Positions 28,830 to 36,921 of a DNA stretch of 64,000 bases are shown here, in pieces (position 1 is the stretch's first letter; each line of letters starts with the position of its first letter). A program made the translations under genes and the position numbers. The DNA lies in the sequence record OQ834936. One strand, 5' to 3'. The DNA is from Shigella phage Henu12. The notes below the pieces were generated by a model. That model searched no databases. It was not told where the DNA came from and saw only the letters and a program-made list of their open reading frames with translations.

Positions 28830-29341
28830 TGCGAGATTGTGGATTCACACATGAACAGTTAAAGTCTTGGTTAAACTATGACCCCGAAACAGGGGTCTTA
28901 ACGTGGATTGGCAGGCCTCCACATAGTAGTAGGGTGGTTATTGGGAGCCAAGCCGGAGCAATCAAGCGCACAAGGTCTGGTGTGTATATGCACACACAGA
29001 TTTTAGGATACAGGACAGGCAATCACCGAATTGCTTGGTTCTGGATGACAGGCAAGTGGCCTGATAAACACATTGACCACAAAGATGGAGATGGTTTGAA
29101 TAACGCTTGGGACAATCTCAGGGAGGCCACAAAAGAACAGAACATGTCTAATAGGAGACAACCCAGAACATCAAAAAACTTAAAAGGTACAAGTAGAAGC
29201 AAGTCTGGTAAGTGGATAGCCCAGATTAACCATAATGGCAAGACTATACATATAGGTACATACACAACAGAAGAAGAAGCCCATAAAGCTTACTGTGAAG
29301 CTGCTATTAAACTCCACGGAGAGTTTGCAAAACTAAGTTGA
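28826..29341 (+). CDS. HNH homing endonuclease with AP2 domain
   Basis: 171 aa; HNH motif IDHKDGDGLNNAWDNLREATKEQNMSN and AP2-like segment; shares YDPETGV(L/F)TW with 18747-19247; start overlaps the polymerase stop. Confidence 0.75.
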   Translation: MMRDCGFTHEQLKSWLNYDPETGVLTWIGRPPHSSRVVIGSQAGAIKRTRSGVYMHTQILGYRTGNHRIAWFWMTGKWPDKHIDHKDGDGLNNAWDNLREATKEQNMSNRRQPRTSKNLKGTSRSKSGKWIAQINHNGKTIHIGTYTTEEEAHKAYCEAAIKLHGEFAKLS

Positions 29342-29392
29342 CAAGGTGCTCATGGAAGAGTACCTTATACTATATCTTGTATAGGAGGTTAC

Positions 29393-29611
29393 ATGACACT
29401 TTCAGACGTTATCCAACAACTTCAGGTAAGTGGTTACACTCAAGAGCAAATTGATGAGCTAAACATCATATCCATGCCAAACCGTTTTGTTAAAGCTTTT
29501 GGGTTAGAAGTTGTAAGGATGGCACATATACTCATTGTGGATGGTCTTCTTATCAAAGACAGAACTGGTGCTTTGAAAGGTAAGAGAATCGATATCACGG
29601 AGATATTATGA
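29393..29611 (+). CDS. hypothetical protein
   Basis: 72 aa ORF with AGGAGG RBS. Confidence 0.45.
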   Translation: MTLSDVIQQLQVSGYTQEQIDELNIISMPNRFVKAFGLEVVRMAHILIVDGLLIKDRTGALKGKRIDITEIL

Positions 29612-29817
29612 GTCACCGTGGTAGAACTCATCTTGCCATGATGCAAGGGGCTTCAAAAGAGACTATCAAGAATCGTAAGAAAACTCTTTTTGACAGAATG
29701 AATAGACTCATTGACAATGCAAGTCTACCTAACTCTGAAAAGGTTTTCTTGAAAGGGAATCTGAAGAGTATTGCACAGGAACTTATTGACATTGAATTTT
29801 GGAGACACCAAAAATGA
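29608..29817 (+). CDS. hypothetical protein
   Basis: 69 aa basic ORF, translationally coupled to neighbours. Confidence 0.45.
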   Translation: MSHRGRTHLAMMQGASKETIKNRKKTLFDRMNRLIDNASLPNSEKVFLKGNLKSIAQELIDIEFWRHQK

Positions 29818-30017
29818 CTTATGAAGAAGCTATTGAAGCCATGAAGAGTGGTCACAAAGTACGTAATGAAAATTTCACATCTGATGAGTTCTTCGAAATG
29901 AAAGATGGGAAGATTGTCTGTGAAATGGGTTACCCAATGGCTACATGGTATAAGGGAGAACCTTGGCAGAAAACTGGATGGAGTATCTTTAATGAAATTT
30001 TACACCATTTGGGGTAG
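29814..30017 (+). CDS. DUF2829-like small protein (candidate Tad2-like anti-Thoeris sponge)
   Basis: 68 aa from the ATG in ATGA overlap with the upstream stop; MTYEEAIEAMKSGHKVRNENF...W pattern resembles the DUF2829 N-terminal signature. Confidence 0.4.
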   Translation: MTYEEAIEAMKSGHKVRNENFTSDEFFEMKDGKIVCEMGYPMATWYKGEPWQKTGWSIFNEILHHLG

Positions 30018-30135
30018 AGTCGGTAAAGGTTATGACTGGATTCTCCTTAAAACAAATGTTAAAAGTAATGAGATAGTTTACTACAAAGTCTATTACCATA
30101 AAACTTTTAGAGAGGTAGAGTATCGTGAGCAGTAG
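29992..30135 (+). CDS. hypothetical small protein
   Basis: 47 aa from an ATG with GGAG RBS; shares a W-R-G-x-GYDW-hydrophobic motif with the next ORF. Confidence 0.3.
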   Translation: MKFYTIWGRVGKGYDWILLKTNVKSNEIVYYKVYYHKTFREVEYREQ

Positions 30136-30376
30136 AGAAGAAGAAGCTTTAGCAATCTTCAAGAATGAAGATAAATCAATATCTTTTGTATCAGAGGCTT
30201 GGTGCAGGGGCTTAGGTTATGATTGGTATCTCTTCTTATGTGCTAAGAAAGATGTTAAACCAGTTGATGAAACCCGATTCAAAGAACTGTATACTGTCTG
30301 CCAAGAGGGTTATGAAGAACACTACGAAGGCTCTTTGAATCCTGTAAATTCAAAAGCTTCAGATTTATTTTATTGA
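30125..30376 (+). CDS. hypothetical protein (paralog-like to 29992-30135)
   Basis: 83 aa, GTG start in the ORF track; motif WCRGLGYDWYLFL. Confidence 0.4.
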   Translation: MSSREEEALAIFKNEDKSISFVSEAWCRGLGYDWYLFLCAKKDVKPVDETRFKELYTVCQEGYEEHYEGSLNPVNSKASDLFY

Positions 30377-30386
30377 GAGGTCTAAA

Positions 30387-30623
30387 ATGTTAAAATTATT
30401 GATACCAGCTTTAGTAGTTCTACTAGTTGGGTGTAACCCTTCTTACGAGAATAAGGATGCTTCTTACAGACTTCCTCCAGAAATGCAAGACTGCAAGATT
30501 TATAAGCTTAATGGTGATGCAACTAGCAGGGATGTTATTGTAGTTCGCTGTCCAAATTCTCAGACGACTACTTCTTACAAGTATGGAAAGAATAGTCAGT
30601 CACATACTACTGTTTTTGATTGA
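30387..30623 (+). CDS. putative lipoprotein
   Basis: 78 aa; signal peptide with lipobox LLVGC. Confidence 0.5.
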   Translation: MLKLLIPALVVLLVGCNPSYENKDASYRLPPEMQDCKIYKLNGDATSRDVIVVRCPNSQTTTSYKYGKNSQSHTTVFD

Positions 30624-30633
30624 GGATATTAAT

Positions 30634-30840
30634 ATGCAGGTTCTGGTAAATTTTATCTATAAGTATGAAAACATCTTCAGCACCATGACTGAAGGTCAAC
30701 GCAATCCAGTTATCCCACGGGAAGGGGAGATTGTTGAGATTAATGACTGGAACCACAGAGTTGCAGAGGTCAAGCATAAACTTAAAGATGGTTATGACCA
30801 CCAAGTTGTAAATGTGTATTTAGAAGGTAAGTGGCAATGA
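30634..30840 (+). CDS. hypothetical protein
   Basis: 68 aa from an ATG preceded by GAGG. Confidence 0.4.
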   Translation: MQVLVNFIYKYENIFSTMTEGQRNPVIPREGEIVEINDWNHRVAEVKHKLKDGYDHQVVNVYLEGKWQ

Positions 30841-30931
30841 GCATCTTACATATCATCTCTGAAGATTTTGGAGGGTGCTCTTGGCACTCATTTTTCACAA
30901 AAGGTTGTCTAGCTTGTGAGGCACGTAAAAA

Positions 30932-32032
30932 ATGACAATTCTGTACAAACAAAACAAAGATGGTTCTTTCAACGTTTGGTCATGTGTTGCTGTAGGTGAT
31001 AAAGTTGTTACAACCTACGGTAAAGAAAATGGCAAGATGATGTTCGAAGAGTACACAGCAGAACCAAAGAACATTGGTAAGAAGAATGAGCGTAATGCTG
31101 AACAGCAAGCTCTCTTTGAAGTTGCTGCTAAGTACAAGAAGCAGGTTGACCGTAAAGGGTATGCTTACACAAAGTCTGAAGCAGAGAATGTTGAGAAGGT
31201 TGGTGTACAGCTTGCTCAGGATGCTTCCAAGATAAGTCACAAGAAGTATCTGGTATTCCCTGCCGATGCTCAACCTAAACTTGATGGTGTTCGTTGCAGG
31301 ATTTCAAGAGATGCTGACTCAGAAAGTTTTACGGCATATTCTCGTGAGAACACGGTATACAACATTCCTGTAGAGTTGATTCCTGATGTTCTTCTTATGC
31401 TGAAACTGCACAAAGATGTTGAGGATTTCGATGGTGAGATTTATGCTCATGGTTGGGACTTGGAAGATATTGTATCTATGATTAAGAATGCTGACAATCC
31501 AGACCGTCACCTTCTTAAGTTCTACTGGTATGATATCTGTGACAAGACTAAATCTTGGCCTGAGCGTCGTGAAGTTATTGAGACTTCACCTTTAAATGAC
31601 CTGAGAAATGGCTGTAGAGTTGTCCCTGTTAAATCTCGTCGTGTTAACTCTTGGGAAGAATTTGACACTGCTCATGATAAGTGGGTTGAAGCGAAGTTTG
31701 AAGGGGCAATGTACCGTTCAATCTCCCCAGATTCATTCTATGAGTGTGGTCACCGTTCATACTTCTTGATTAAACATAAGAAGATGCACACCAAAGAGTT
31801 CACAGTAACGGGTGTGAAGACTGATAAGCGTGGTCATGGCAAGTTCGTTGTAGAGACTCTTCCTAACGTCTTTGTAGATGTTTCATGGAAAACTACACAC
31901 GAGAAGAAAAAGTATCTTGCTGAACATCCTGAAGAGTTTATCGGGAAGCCTTTAACGGTTCAGTTCCAGAAGATGACTCGTAAGGGTTCTTTACAGTTCC
32001 CTGTTGGGCTAGTAATTCGAGACTATGAATAG
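30932..32032 (+). CDS. ATP-dependent DNA ligase
   Basis: 366 aa; adenylation motif I KLDGVRC; size matches T7-type ligases. Confidence 0.8.
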   Translation: MTILYKQNKDGSFNVWSCVAVGDKVVTTYGKENGKMMFEEYTAEPKNIGKKNERNAEQQALFEVAAKYKKQVDRKGYAYTKSEAENVEKVGVQLAQDASKISHKKYLVFPADAQPKLDGVRCRISRDADSESFTAYSRENTVYNIPVELIPDVLLMLKLHKDVEDFDGEIYAHGWDLEDIVSMIKNADNPDRHLLKFYWYDICDKTKSWPERREVIETSPLNDLRNGCRVVPVKSRRVNSWEEFDTAHDKWVEAKFEGAMYRSISPDSFYECGHRSYFLIKHKKMHTKEFTVTGVKTDKRGHGKFVVETLPNVFVDVSWKTTHEKKKYLAEHPEEFIGKPLTVQFQKMTRKGSLQFPVGLVIRDYE

Positions 32033-32195
32033 AGGCCAGTATGTTTAGTGCAATTGTTCTGTTTATATTTGTTGTTTTATCATTGGCTTACTTCACAAGT
32101 AAACTCTTAAGTATAACATACAAAGCAGCCTTAGCCCTTACTCTGTTGTCATTTGCAGTAAATGCAGCAGTTAGAATGTATTTAGTATAAAATTG

Positions 32196-32223
32196 TTGAC
32201 ATGAGTAACCTGACGGGTATACT
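32196..32223 (+). promoter_or_regulatory. sigma70-like promoter overlapping a nested inverted repeat
   Basis: TTGACA, 16 nt spacer, TATACT; overlaps the outer palindrome arm CTGACGGGT (32210-32218), which pairs with ACCCGTCAG (32248-32256). Confidence 0.5.
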
Positions 32224-32267
32224 ACCTATATAGAAAATTATATAGGAACCCGTCAGAAACCTCGGGG

Positions 32268-32654
32268 GTGTTTATGAAAAAGTTACTTGTTGGTGTCATT
32301 GCTCTTGGTATGAGTTTTAGTGCAGCAGCTATGAAGATGCCTGAAGCAAACTTTAATGGTATCGCTTTAGAATCTTGTAAGATTGTACAGAAAATCGCTT
32401 CAAATGCTGGAGAGTTGACTAAACCGTTGTCTGCTCAGACTGTTCAAGAAATGACTGATAAGATGGTTGACTACAACTACCATTTTATGGGAGATTACTA
32501 TGACAGATTAGCAGATGAGATGGTCACTCAGAACGTTGACCTTCTTGATAGCAAAGGTATTGAGACTGTAGAAGATGTGAAAGACAACTTTATGCGTGAG
32601 TCTTTCAAAGGTGTTCAATACTTTATTGAAAATCGTCACTGCATGGGTTTATAA
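32268..32654 (+). CDS. putative secreted/periplasmic protein
   Basis: 128 aa; N-terminal signal peptide MKKLLVGVIALGMSFSAAA. Confidence 0.5.
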   Translation: MFMKKLLVGVIALGMSFSAAAMKMPEANFNGIALESCKIVQKIASNAGELTKPLSAQTVQEMTDKMVDYNYHFMGDYYDRLADEMVTQNVDLLDSKGIETVEDVKDNFMRESFKGVQYFIENRHCMGL

Positions 32655-32656
32655 TC

Positions 32657-32860
32657 ATGAAGAAGAACATCTGTAGAACAGACTATGGTGAAGTGGTCGA
32701 TGATGACGGAGTAGTTATTTACAGAGTTTGGGCTAATGATTTTGCAACCGTTGTAGAATCTTTAGATAACTACATTAATGGGACTCGTGAAAACGTCAGA
32801 GCAACTAATCTTGATTCGTTAATAGACACTTCTCGAAAACGGAGAAAGAAAGATGAATGA
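32657..32860 (+). CDS. hypothetical protein
   Basis: 67 aa ORF. Confidence 0.4.
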   Translation: MKKNICRTDYGEVVDDDGVVIYRVWANDFATVVESLDNYINGTRENVRATNLDSLIDTSRKRRKKDE

Positions 32861-33152
32861 AGTCTTTGACCCATATGCACCTCAAGATTCTTGGGAGGCT
32901 GATAGAGAGGCTGAAATGGAGAGTTATGTCTGTCCAATGGATATAGAAGAGATGAAAGACTTTGTATCTTTCAGATTCTTTAAAGAGATTGAGAAGCTAA
33001 AACTTTCTCAGGCTCAAGTAGCAACTGTTTGTGAAATCTCGCAGAGTCGTGTGTCAAATATCATTAACGACCCTCAAAAGATTTCTTTAGAGTACATGCT
33101 TAATGCTTGTACAAAACTTGGTGTAAATTTTAACTTAAGGCTGGCAGATTAA
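32853..33152 (+). CDS. HTH (XRE/Cro-type) DNA-binding protein
   Basis: 99 aa; C-terminal LSQAQVATVCEISQSRVSNIINDPQK resembles an XRE helix-turn-helix. Confidence 0.5.
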   Translation: MNEVFDPYAPQDSWEADREAEMESYVCPMDIEEMKDFVSFRFFKEIEKLKLSQAQVATVCEISQSRVSNIINDPQKISLEYMLNACTKLGVNFNLRLAD

Positions 33153-33153
33153 T

Positions 33154-33513
33154 ATGAAACGTGAAAATGCAATCTTTAATGATAACTTTGCAATTGGCTT
33201 CTATGGTAAACCAACTCCAGCAGAGAAACTTTATGGTAATGCAATTCTGGAGACCTTGAAAGAGGTTTACACAACTGGTGGTATGAAGCATACTGAAGCA
33301 AACCGTGTAAGAGGTTATATGGCAATTGGCTCTGCAATCTCTAACATCAAACTTGAAACTACAAGTGCTAAAAAGGTACGAGACCACTTCATCAAAGAGT
33401 TGTCAGATAACCTAGATGGTGTTGAAGTCAAGGCTGTCTGGTTAGATGTTGATGGTCACAACTACACAACTTTTGTGTTTAAAAATGAGGATATCAAATG
33501 TCTCTTCCCTTAA
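33154..33513 (+). CDS. hypothetical protein
   Basis: 119 aa ORF. Confidence 0.45.
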   Translation: MKRENAIFNDNFAIGFYGKPTPAEKLYGNAILETLKEVYTTGGMKHTEANRVRGYMAIGSAISNIKLETTSAKKVRDHFIKELSDNLDGVEVKAVWLDVDGHNYTTFVFKNEDIKCLFP

Positions 33514-34001
33514 AACTCGATTTATACTTTGGGTACAGTGTATTGCAAGGCAGCATACTATCACTACCAAAGTCAGATTATCGTTGTGATTTAGGTTCTG
33601 TGAAACGTGCATCACACTTTAACAACAACATCTTAGGCTTGCAGACACTTCACAGGTGGCTTGAGGAAGATGGACGGTTGAATGAATATCTTCACCAACT
33701 AGAACTAGCCAAAGAAGAAGGGCATATGGGTTGGGATTTACTACCCCATCTGTACAAGCCTGCAAGCCCTATGGAGATACGCTATAACGAACAAGCAATT
33801 GATAGTTATAACAAATATAATATAACTATTGGCTCCAGAGCTTGGAAGGAGTATATGAAACTCCGTGAAATCATCATACAGACTATTGGAAAGCGTGTAG
33901 CAAAAGGTCTTGCTTATGATGAAAAGGTTGACTGGAATACACAAAAGTGTATAAAATTCTTCAAGTACGATAATGACAAGGATACTTTTGTAGAGGTTTA
34001 A
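33498..34001 (+). CDS. hypothetical protein
   Basis: 167 aa ORF. Confidence 0.45.
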   Translation: MSLPLKLDLYFGYSVLQGSILSLPKSDYRCDLGSVKRASHFNNNILGLQTLHRWLEEDGRLNEYLHQLELAKEEGHMGWDLLPHLYKPASPMEIRYNEQAIDSYNKYNITIGSRAWKEYMKLREIIIQTIGKRVAKGLAYDEKVDWNTQKCIKFFKYDNDKDTFVEV

Positions 34002-34002
34002 C

Positions 34003-34518
34003 ATGAAAATTGGAATTACCTTTTGCCAGCCTGAAGCAGAGTTCTTGAAATCAATGTTGTCTGAGCATATGAAAGCTACAAATCATACTGAGAAGACATT
34101 CTTGATTGACACTAACTATGATGCAGGAACTATTGAGTTCATTGATGAAGACACTGCTGACTCTCTGTGTGTTCTTCCTGCTCACTTATTTACTCCAGAG
34201 CTACGTGACAGTCGTTCTATTGAAGTTAATCTGGAGCCAAGTATTGAACTCTACTCAGACATACAGTATCCAAGAAGCTTTAAAGCATTGCTAAACATCT
34301 TCATAGCTGATATTGTAGAGATTGTTAAGCAGACCGAAGGTGGTCATGTAGTAACTGCTGAGTATGAACAAGGGACTATCAAACTGACAGGTGACTTTGG
34401 TTCTATGAGTTTCTTAGACTTTGTTCCAAAACACTTTGAAGATTTCCTGTCAAGTGAAGTTGATGACCTTGATTTCATACTAAAATTTGAACGCACTTTT
34501 AAGGTAAACAAAAAATGA
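34003..34518 (+). CDS. hypothetical acidic protein
   Basis: 171 aa ORF. Confidence 0.45.
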   Translation: MKIGITFCQPEAEFLKSMLSEHMKATNHTEKTFLIDTNYDAGTIEFIDEDTADSLCVLPAHLFTPELRDSRSIEVNLEPSIELYSDIQYPRSFKALLNIFIADIVEIVKQTEGGHVVTAEYEQGTIKLTGDFGSMSFLDFVPKHFEDFLSSEVDDLDFILKFERTFKVNKK

Positions 34519-34787
34519 AAATCTTAAGCGGAGTATCACAGTGTTACATGAATGATGGTGAGCCAGTTAAATGCTGCCATTGTGGAGGTGAGAACTTCCA
34601 AGGTGAAGTTTCAGAGATTGTCTCTGGCAACATCGCTGAAGAGTACACCCGTTGCTGTGGATGTGGAAAGATTTTATCTTTTTGGGCTTATGGAAGTTAT
34701 GAACCACAACCTCACCTTATTTACCATCCGAACAGGATTGTGAAGCGTGTTCTGAACTGGTTCATTATCAAAGGATTTACAAAATGA
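34515..34787 (+). CDS. Cys-rich putative zinc-ribbon protein
   Basis: 90 aa with CCHCGG and CCGCG cysteine clusters. Confidence 0.45.
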   Translation: MKILSGVSQCYMNDGEPVKCCHCGGENFQGEVSEIVSGNIAEEYTRCCGCGKILSFWAYGSYEPQPHLIYHPNRIVKRVLNWFIIKGFTK

Positions 34788-35329
34788 TTAAGCTAATTTT
34801 TGCAAGTGGTATTAACGGGGAATTTGGCACAGCTACTGGAATGCCTTGGCCTCGTAATAAACAAGATATGGCAGAGTTTAAGAAGCAGACTATTAACCAG
34901 TTAGTCTTGGTGGGTAGCGAAACTTGGAAGACTCTTGGGAGCAAACCTTTGCCAAACCGTGAGAACCTTGTCTTGACAAACTCTCTTGACTTTTATGGTC
35001 TGGACTTTAAAGATGATTCTCATTGCAAAGCAAAAGTTAAGTCTGAAGCTTTTGGGGCTTTCCTAAAGTATATTGATAGTTCTATTGATGAAGATGTTTT
35101 AGTAATCGGTGGAGCCAATATCTTAATCTCAGCTTTGCCGTATGCTGACGTAGTTTTCCACAGTGTTATTAAGGAAGTTACTGAAGAGGCTACTGTCAAG
35201 CTACCTTATGAGGGTTTCTTCCAGTACTTGTATGACACAGAGTTATTTGCTAAAGTACAGTCCAAACCCTCAGAAGATAAGTCTGTGGTGTTTGATACCT
35301 ATGTTCCACAAGTAAGAGGACGTTTCTAA
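34784..35329 (+). CDS. frd: dihydrofolate reductase
   Basis: 181 aa; IFASGINGEFG...MPW N-terminal signature; directly upstream of thymidylate synthase. Confidence 0.8.
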   Translation: MIKLIFASGINGEFGTATGMPWPRNKQDMAEFKKQTINQLVLVGSETWKTLGSKPLPNRENLVLTNSLDFYGLDFKDDSHCKAKVKSEAFGAFLKYIDSSIDEDVLVIGGANILISALPYADVVFHSVIKEVTEEATVKLPYEGFFQYLYDTELFAKVQSKPSEDKSVVFDTYVPQVRGRF

Positions 35330-35330
35330 T

Positions 35331-36230
35331 ATGTCACAAGCAGATGTAAGCTACAAAGCTATTTTAAACCATGTTTTATCAGTTGGTGAGTTGCGTAAAA
35401 CCCGAACTGGCTCAGTGATTTCGACCTTTGCTCCACCTGAGTTCCGTTTTGATATGCGTAGTGGATTCCCATTAATCACCTCAAAACAAACATTTATGCG
35501 TCAAGTCCTCGGTGAAGCATTATGGTTTATGAACGGTGAAAACCAACTAGGCCATTTGCGTTACAGAACTTGGGGGGAGAACGACGGAGAGCGTTGGACT
35601 ATCTGGACAGATGATTTTAAACGTTGGTTGAAAACAACCTATGCTACAGAGAATGATTGGCTGGAGGACGCTGGAGGAAGAATCTACGGAGTACAATGGA
35701 GAGCCTACGAAGGTCATGGTGGCGTTGTTGTAGACCAGTTGAGTAATCTTGTAGAGAAGATGAGAAAGTCCCCTACAGACCGTTACATGCTCGTTAACGC
35801 ATGGAATGCAGCAGATATCTCAAGTAACTCTATGGCATTAGCACCTTGTCATGTACTTTTTCAGATTTATATCTCGAACACTAATGAGGTGGATTTGAAA
35901 TGGTATCAGCGTTCTTGTGATACGTTCTTAGGGTTACCGTTTAACATCGCTTCCTATGCCTTTATCTTGGAAGTGTTGTGTAAACTGACGGGATATACAC
36001 CGCGATATCTGATAGGGACTTATGGTGATACTCAAATATACCAGAACCATATGTCGCAGGTTTTTCAACTTCTTGGTAATGAAGAGTTTCCAGCACCTAA
36101 GTTTGAAATTCATCAAGATTTGAAGTCTCTTGAAGACTTGAGACATATGACAGCAGATGACTTTCTAGGTGGGTTGAAAGGGTATAAACATGCTGGTAAG
36201 ATTGAAGCACCTTTATCAGTAGGTAAGTAG
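35331..36230 (+). CDS. td: thymidylate synthase (ThyA type)
   Basis: 299 aa; active-site PCH; typical ThyA length. Confidence 0.9.
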   Translation: MSQADVSYKAILNHVLSVGELRKTRTGSVISTFAPPEFRFDMRSGFPLITSKQTFMRQVLGEALWFMNGENQLGHLRYRTWGENDGERWTIWTDDFKRWLKTTYATENDWLEDAGGRIYGVQWRAYEGHGGVVVDQLSNLVEKMRKSPTDRYMLVNAWNAADISSNSMALAPCHVLFQIYISNTNEVDLKWYQRSCDTFLGLPFNIASYAFILEVLCKLTGYTPRYLIGTYGDTQIYQNHMSQVFQLLGNEEFPAPKFEIHQDLKSLEDLRHMTADDFLGGLKGYKHAGKIEAPLSVGK

Positions 36231-36232
36231 AA

Positions 36233-36262
36233 ACAAAAAAGGCTCCCGTAAAAAGGAGCCTT
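36233..36262. terminator. bidirectional terminator between convergent genes
   Basis: GGCTCC/GGAGCC 6-bp inverted repeat with 8-nt loop, A-run on one side and T-rich run on the other; sits between the td stop and the stop of the minus-strand gene. Confidence 0.55.
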
Positions 36263-36266
36263 AGAA

Positions 36267-36641
36267 TTATTTCTTTTTAGTGCTTTGGGTATTTTGTTCT
36301 GTAATTGCTTGCAAAGCTGATACAGATTGTGCTAAGTTGTTAACACTGTCAGAGAACTTATCAAGGGTCTTAGTCAACTTAGCGTTTTCTCCCTTAACAT
36401 TCTCTAGCTGAACTTTCTGGTTCTCCATCCCTAATTGTAGGAGCTTCATATCAGACTGTAAATCACGAATAGCTGAATAGTTACCTTTTGAGTAACTATC
36501 CAACTGTTGTAACTTTGTGTTGATAGAAACTTCTTGCTTTCCATCAGAGACCTGCATCGTAGTGTACATGCCAATTACACTGAAAATACCTACAACAATT
36601 GCACCAATGTTGTTCTTAAAAGCCTCTTCAATCCACTTCAT
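36267..36641 (-). CDS. membrane-anchored coiled-coil protein (possible i-spanin-like or fiber-associated)
   Basis: 124 aa; N-terminal transmembrane helix IGAIVVGIFSVIGMYTT followed by a Gln/Leu-rich coiled coil. Confidence 0.4.
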   Translation of the reverse strand: MKWIEEAFKNNIGAIVVGIFSVIGMYTTMQVSDGKQEVSINTKLQQLDSYSKGNYSAIRDLQSDMKLLQLGMENQKVQLENVKGENAKLTKTLDKFSDSVNNLAQSVSALQAITEQNTQSTKKK

Positions 36642-36835
36642 TATTTTTCACCCTTAAAAGCCTTTTCCAAGGTATCTACAAATTCATCATCGATAGGTGT
36701 GTCTGTTTTACTCGCAAGGTATCTTGCAAGCTTAAAGAACACTTTTTCAATCATGTATTCGCTAAGAAGAGAAAGTAGAAGCTTCCAGAAGAATGCCCCA
36801 AGATTTTTCAAGAGGATTGCTAGAATGGTTGGCAT
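36641..36835 (-). CDS. small membrane protein (holin-like, speculative)
   Basis: 64 aa; hydrophobic N-terminus and charged C-terminus; ATGA overlap with the downstream gene. Confidence 0.35.
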   Translation of the reverse strand: MPTILAILLKNLGAFFWKLLLSLLSEYMIEKVFFKLARYLASKTDTPIDDEFVDTLEKAFKGEK

Positions 36836-36921
36836 TTAATCACCTTACTTCTTGAGCCAAGATGGTGAGAATACCTACTAAGAAATATTAACACCATCTT
36901 GACAGTTAGTCAACAAGGTAA

